Shown one piece after another: positions 59,239-64,000 of a stretch of 64,000 nt of DNA (positions are counted from its first letter, which is position 1; the number at the start of each line of letters is the position of its first letter). Made by a program: the position numbers and the translations under genes. The notes beneath the pieces are model-generated. The model worked only from the letters and a program-made list of their open reading frames with translations, was not told the DNA's origin and did no database searches. This DNA is from an uncultured bacterium (GTDB taxonomy: Bacteria; Bacillota_I; Bacilli_A; RF39; UBA660), in the NCBI GenBank assembly GCA_947646655.1, contig CANSHI010000004.1, positions 12,213 to 76,212 of the forward strand, given 5' to 3'.

Positions 59239-61521
59239 TTACTGGCTATTTTCGACTTTTACTAAAACTTCCCTAGGTTTCGATCCATTTTGAGGACCTA
59301 CGATCCCTCTTTCTTCTAGCAGATCGACTATTCTAGCTGCTCTATTATAGCCTACTTTAAAACGTCTTTGGAGTAGACTGGCACTTACTTTTCCAGTTTG
59401 GACAGCAAATTCAACAACTTGATCGTAAAGAGGATCGTCATATTCTTCGGCTGGCGAATTTTCGCCTGCTAAATGACTTTCGGGAATCTCATCGATCATA
59501 GTATCATAACTCGCAGCTTGTTCGTTAGATACGTGTTTGATCAATCTCTCAACTTCGTCATCAGATATAAAGTTTCCTTGAATACGTTCAGTAACACTTG
59601 CTCCCATAGGGAAATATAACATGTCACCTTTTCCTAAAAGCTTTTCTGCCCCTCTTCTATCTAAAATCGTACGTGAATCGATCTGACTTGCTACGGCAAA
59701 AGAAATACGTGATGGAATATTTGCTTTAATAACACCTGTAATGACGTCTGTAGATGGCCTTTGTGTAGCGACGATTAGATGTATTCCAGCGGCACGAGCC
59801 ATTTGAGTAATACGCATTATAGAGTCTTCTACTTCTTTACTGGCTACTACCATTAAGTCCGCTAGCTCATCGATGATAACGACTAGAAAATACATTTTTT
59901 TCTCAACTTCTTCGTGAGCCGCTTCATTTTGACGTTCGACCCATTCGTTATAGCCAGCAATGTTTTTAACATTTTTTTCGGCGAAGAGATCGTATCTCTG
60001 TTCCATCATTATAACTACTTTTTGAAGTGCTGCACTAGCTTTTCTAGGATCAGTTACTACTGGCCATAGAAGATGGGGTATGCCATTATAATTAGAAAGT
60101 TCAACTTTTTTAGGATCGACTAAGACTAGCTTAACTTCATCGGGTCTTTTGAGCATTAAAATTGATGCAATAAATGAGTTGATACAAACTGACTTTCCTG
60201 ATCCAGTAGATCCAGCGACTAAAAGGTGGGGAGTTTTAGATATGTCAGCCCATTTTATACGCCCCATGATATCTTTTCCTAAGGCGACTGGAATGTTGGC
60301 CTTTTCGACGTCTTTTGTGGGACGAGATAGTACTTCTCTTATTGGAACTGGTATTACTTTGGCATTAGGTATTTCAATTCCTACTGTACTTTTACCAGGT
60401 ATAGGAGCTTCTATACGGATGTCTTTGGCAGCGAGTGCTAAGGCTATTTCTTTATCGATTGATGTAATTCTACTTACACGAGTACCTGCTTTTACTTCTA
60501 CTTCAAATTGGGTAACAGCTGGACCTTCATGAATTTCTACTACTCTACCCGAAATTTGGAAGTCATTTAGTACTCTTTCTAATGCTGCTTTATTAGATTG
60601 TAAAAATTCAGTAGAGTTTACTTTGCCTAAAGGCTTAGGTTTGTCTAATAAGTCGATCGTCGGAAGTTGATAGTTTTTATTTTCGACTATGAGTGGTTTG
60701 TTATCTGATTGCTCAGGAGTCTTGGTATTAAAATTTAGTTGTGTTTGTTCTTCATGATTTCCATTTAGTAAGTCGTCCATATTGGAGTATACTTTAACAT
60801 TTTCAAGTGTTTCAATACCAATCGTGTTGTCGAGATTTGGCGACTCTGTTGGAGTTTCATCATCATTTTTACTCTTTTTACCAAATAAACCTTTCTTTTC
60901 TTTTTTGATAACTTCTTCTTCAACACCTTCTTCTTCGTCATCGCTCGATCCACGCATACGTGAGAACATATTTTTTATTCCCTCTAAGATATCGCTTATA
61001 CTTAAATCGAAGCAAAGGATGATACCTAATATTCCTATAACTACTAGTACGATTTTAGTACCGTCAAATGCAAAACATTTTGTCAAGGCTACTGTACAAA
61101 TGCCACCGATGATACCTCCTCCCGAATTTGCTGTATAGTTAATGATACCAGCATCGAGAAAGTTATTGATAGTCGTTTCGATAATTTCTTTTCCATTTAA
61201 ACCACCTTGAATAGCATACTCTAAATGTGAATAAACTAGTAATGCCAATATGATCATATAAATACCGATAAGACGGATCGTGAAAAATTTAGGGAGTTTT
61301 CTTTTTACGATCATATAAACTCCTACTATCAAGCAGGCTAATAAAGCGAGTATATACCACACTCCCATTAAGAAGATGGCAAAACCACAGATAACGTTTC
61401 CTACTGGGCCAAATTTACCACATCCCATAATCGCTATTAAGATTAAAAGGACACCCCATAATTCTGCTGCATACGAGTCATTTTTTTTTACACTAGACTT
61501 GCTTGTTTTCTTTTTTGCCAT
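59239..61521 (-). CDS. ftsK: DNA translocase FtsK/SpoIIIE
   Basis: N-terminal TMs, GSTGSGKS, IDELADLM, ATQRPS, gamma domain LQRRFKVGYNRAAR. Confidence 0.96.
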   Translation of the reverse strand: MAKKKTSKSSVKKNDSYAAELWGVLLILIAIMGCGKFGPVGNVICGFAIFLMGVWYILALLACLIVGVYMIVKRKLPKFFTIRLIGIYMIILALLVYSHLEYAIQGGLNGKEIIETTINNFLDAGIINYTANSGGGIIGGICTVALTKCFAFDGTKIVLVVIGILGIILCFDLSISDILEGIKNMFSRMRGSSDDEEEGVEEEVIKKEKKGLFGKKSKNDDETPTESPNLDNTIGIETLENVKVYSNMDDLLNGNHEEQTQLNFNTKTPEQSDNKPLIVENKNYQLPTIDLLDKPKPLGKVNSTEFLQSNKAALERVLNDFQISGRVVEIHEGPAVTQFEVEVKAGTRVSRITSIDKEIALALAAKDIRIEAPIPGKSTVGIEIPNAKVIPVPIREVLSRPTKDVEKANIPVALGKDIMGRIKWADISKTPHLLVAGSTGSGKSVCINSFIASILMLKRPDEVKLVLVDPKKVELSNYNGIPHLLWPVVTDPRKASAALQKVVIMMEQRYDLFAEKNVKNIAGYNEWVERQNEAAHEEVEKKMYFLVVIIDELADLMVVASKEVEDSIMRITQMARAAGIHLIVATQRPSTDVITGVIKANIPSRISFAVASQIDSRTILDRRGAEKLLGKGDMLYFPMGASVTERIQGNFISDDEVERLIKHVSNEQAASYDTMIDEIPESHLAGENSPAEEYDDPLYDQVVEFAVQTGKVSASLLQRRFKVGYNRAARIVDLLEERGIVGPQNGSKPREVLVKVENSQ

Positions 61522-61674
61522 ACTTCTATTTTTCCTTTCATTGTTAAAAATTTTTTTATTTCATGCCATACAAAAAAGCATGCCACTATATTAATTATAT
61601 AATATTAGTATTGGATAGTAAAGTTTTTTCAGAAAACTAGACATTTAAAAAATATCTCTATCAGAGACATTTTT

Positions 61675-63945
61675 TCATTTTGGACATTGTACAGTGGCTT
61701 CACATCTAGCACCCCAAATGTTTCCTTTCCAATATGTATTTTCCCAGGTAAGATATTGTCCACAGTTGAAATCTGAACGATTAGTATTATTACATTTCGC
61801 ATATGTGATATAACAATTATTTCTTCCATTATAAGAGAATCTTTTTGCTGAGTAGTTTTTTATATAGAAACAGGCGGAAGTAGATGATGCTGTATTTTCT
61901 ACATCATCTGTAGTACCTGCTGATACAATATTGAATGTGTCACATTTTGAATTTGAGCATTCGTCTAAATACAAAATAATATTATAATCTTCTAAATCCG
62001 TTTCTGCAATAAGCCAAGCTCTTATTTCTTCAGAGCTAACTGTGACTCTAATATTTGTGCTCTTTGCATAAAACATTCCAACTTGATTTTCAATGCTATC
62101 TTTTTTAAAACTTCTAAGGTCGAGTACAAGTAGAGAATTGCAGCGACTAAACATATCGTGTACGTTAGTAACTTTACTTGTATCGAATTTTTGCAAATTT
62201 AGATTAACTAGTTTTGAACAACTTGCAAACATATATTCCATATTGACTACATTAGATGTGTCAAAATTTTCTATATTTAGTTCCTTTAAATTTGTGCAAC
62301 TTGAAAACATATAACTCATATTGGTAGCTTTACTTGTATTGAAATGACCTAGGTCTAAGATTTCTAAGCTTTGGCAATTTGAAAACATAGCTTGCATATT
62401 AGTAACCTCTCTAGTATTAAAATTGCTTAAATTTAAAGTTTTTAATTGGTTACAATACCTAAACATACGGCTCATATTAGTGACTTTTTCAGTGTTAAAA
62501 TTTTCTAGTCCTATAATTGTAGTTAATTTGCCTACTGGAGCATCATCAGAGATAAACATATCAAACATACGATACATGTCTGTTACGTTACTTGTATTAA
62601 AATTACTTAAATCTAATGTTTCTAAACTTTGACAACCTAAAAACATACTAGTCATATTAGTAACTTTATTTGTATTAAAACTAGTTAAATTTAAAGCTTT
62701 TAATTTGTTGCAATGTTGGAACATGCTGTGCATATCTGTAACATTTTCGGTGTTAAAATTTTCTAATCCTATAACTGTAGTTAGTGTGCCCGTTGGGATA
62801 TCATCAGAGATAAACATATCGAACATACGATGCATGTCTGTTACATTACTTGTATTGAAATTACTTAAGTCTAATATTTCTAAACTTTGACAGCCTAAAA
62901 ACATACAAGTCATGTTAGTAACTTTATTTGTATTAAAGTTGCTTAAATTTAAAGTTTTTAATTTGTTGCAATGTTGGAACATACAGTGCATATCTGTAAC
63001 ATTTTCGGTGTTAAAGTTTTCTAGTCCTATAATTGTAGTTAATTTGCCTACTGGGGCTTCTTTAGAAATAAACATATTAAACATATAATTCATGTTTATT
63101 ACATTACTAGTATCAAAGCTACTTAAGTCGAGTATTTCTAAACTTTGACAACCTGAGAACATCGAGTTCATATATTTAATGTTCGAAGTGTCTAAGTTTT
63201 CCAAATATTCTATGCTTTCTAGATTTATAAAGTCAGAAAAAAGCTTAGAACTATTTTGATTAGCTATTATTTTTCCCTCTGCTTGAATGAAAACATCGTA
63301 CATTGTATTATCTTCATTGTTGGGTACTAAATAGCTCATTACATTTTTGTGCTGTCCATCAGATAAATCATAAGTATATGTAGCATTTTCTTTTGGGTTC
63401 TTTTCGATCTCAAAAATAATTCTTTTTATTTCCGATGAGTGTTGCCATATTTTTTCATTATTTACTCTTGCCATTAAAATGTTAGATAGGCATTCTGTGA
63501 TGTTGGAAAACAATTCGTTTTGTAAATAACCACCTTTTAAATTAAAATTAACTGTTTGATCGGCTGAACTTTTGTTTTCGATTATTATTTTAATATCGAT
63601 TACACTATTTAATGAAGCTATTTCTCCTTGTACATTTTGATCAATTTTTTCAATATAATATACTGTTACTTCTTCACTGTTGCATAAATAATCTAGTGCA
63701 TATTTAGTATTTATGTTGTTTAAACTTTTTAAGTTTAGAGTTAATTCTAGTGATTCGCCACTTGACACTACAATTGAACCATTTTCGTAACGATCATTTT
63801 GACTAGTTAGTTCATACTTTAAATTAGCTACTGTTATGATTGCAGCTTGTTTGTGTTCAAGTATATGGAAGTAAGAATATGTTCCGCCTACAAATAAAGT
63901 AAAAGCTGAAATAGTTATCATCGACGTAAAAAATCTCGTCTTCAT
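61675..63945 (-). CDS. Surface protein with SipW-type leader, DUF285/BspA-type LRR solenoid and Cys-rich C-terminal cap
   Basis: GGTYSYF leader; many LDLSNFNTSNVTDM..MF repeats. Confidence 0.88.
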   Translation of the reverse strand: MKTRFFTSMITISAFTLFVGGTYSYFHILEHKQAAIITVANLKYELTSQNDRYENGSIVVSSGESLELTLNLKSLNNINTKYALDYLCNSEEVTVYYIEKIDQNVQGEIASLNSVIDIKIIIENKSSADQTVNFNLKGGYLQNELFSNITECLSNILMARVNNEKIWQHSSEIKRIIFEIEKNPKENATYTYDLSDGQHKNVMSYLVPNNEDNTMYDVFIQAEGKIIANQNSSKLFSDFINLESIEYLENLDTSNIKYMNSMFSGCQSLEILDLSSFDTSNVINMNYMFNMFISKEAPVGKLTTIIGLENFNTENVTDMHCMFQHCNKLKTLNLSNFNTNKVTNMTCMFLGCQSLEILDLSNFNTSNVTDMHRMFDMFISDDIPTGTLTTVIGLENFNTENVTDMHSMFQHCNKLKALNLTSFNTNKVTNMTSMFLGCQSLETLDLSNFNTSNVTDMYRMFDMFISDDAPVGKLTTIIGLENFNTEKVTNMSRMFRYCNQLKTLNLSNFNTREVTNMQAMFSNCQSLEILDLGHFNTSKATNMSYMFSSCTNLKELNIENFDTSNVVNMEYMFASCSKLVNLNLQKFDTSKVTNVHDMFSRCNSLLVLDLRSFKKDSIENQVGMFYAKSTNIRVTVSSEEIRAWLIAETDLEDYNIILYLDECSNSKCDTFNIVSAGTTDDVENTASSTSACFYIKNYSAKRFSYNGRNNCYITYAKCNNTNRSDFNCGQYLTWENTYWKGNIWGARCEATVQCPK
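62350..63180 (-). repeat. 258-bp (86-aa) tandem super-repeat, about 3.2 copies
   Basis: CQSL codons recur at 62369, 62627, 62885 and 63143 with long near-identical DNA stretches. Confidence 0.85.
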
Positions 63946-64000
63946 ACGATCTCGATACTTAAATTTTTTATATAGCTTTTTTAATTTGTTAAGTATGGAT

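Noticed and set aside
326-62890. Many short antisense or alternate-frame ORFs in the track (e.g. 326-622, 8896-9342, 30909-31166, 60149-60532)
   Set aside because: They are shadows of well-supported genes, with no recognisable motifs.
62350-63180. Long repeats as a CRISPR array or DGR template/variable pair
   Set aside because: They are in-frame coding LRR repeats with no spacers; no cas or reverse transcriptase gene is in the window.
1-64000. Mycoplasma-type genetic code (TGA = Trp)
   Set aside because: Conserved genes such as sufU, era and rsgA end at TGA at the expected lengths, and cell-wall genes are present.

Overview
Low-GC, AT-rich, standard-genetic-code Firmicutes (Bacilli) chromosome segment. 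The compact genes and B. subtilis-like synteny resemble a genome-reduced RF39-type gut lineage, but that assignment is inference. The window appears to span the replication terminus: by my count 27 of 36 genes left of ~29.3 kb are on +, and 25 of 29 genes right of ~34.4 kb are on -. At the switch sits a ~5.1 kb integrase-less filamentous (inovirus-like) prophage. It encodes an RHH repressor, a probable SSB, coat proteins, a pIII-like adhesin, a Zot/pI ATPase with an N-terminal TM helix, and an HUH Rep with a dso hairpin. It is bounded by a 15-bp direct repeat that is the XerD arm of a canonical Firmicutes dif site, so it looks like an Xer-hijacking element (IMEX) in a monoderm host with an atypical, foldable attP. 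A second highlight is a class III ribonucleotide reductase whose glycyl-radical domain is a separate 58-aa gene missed by the ORF track. The rest is housekeeping (rpsP-khpA, rlmN-stp-prkC-rsgA-rpe, sufCDSU, era-yqzL-recO, pyk, mnmA, xseAB-nusB, ftsK-ireB-ruvX-mltG-trmR-U32-greA), sporulation genes (cotE, spoIIM, spoIVB), surface proteins with SipW-type leaders (one behind a poly-G promoter tract), and orphan ORFs with basic C-terminal tails. No rRNA, tRNA, CRISPR or IS was recognised.
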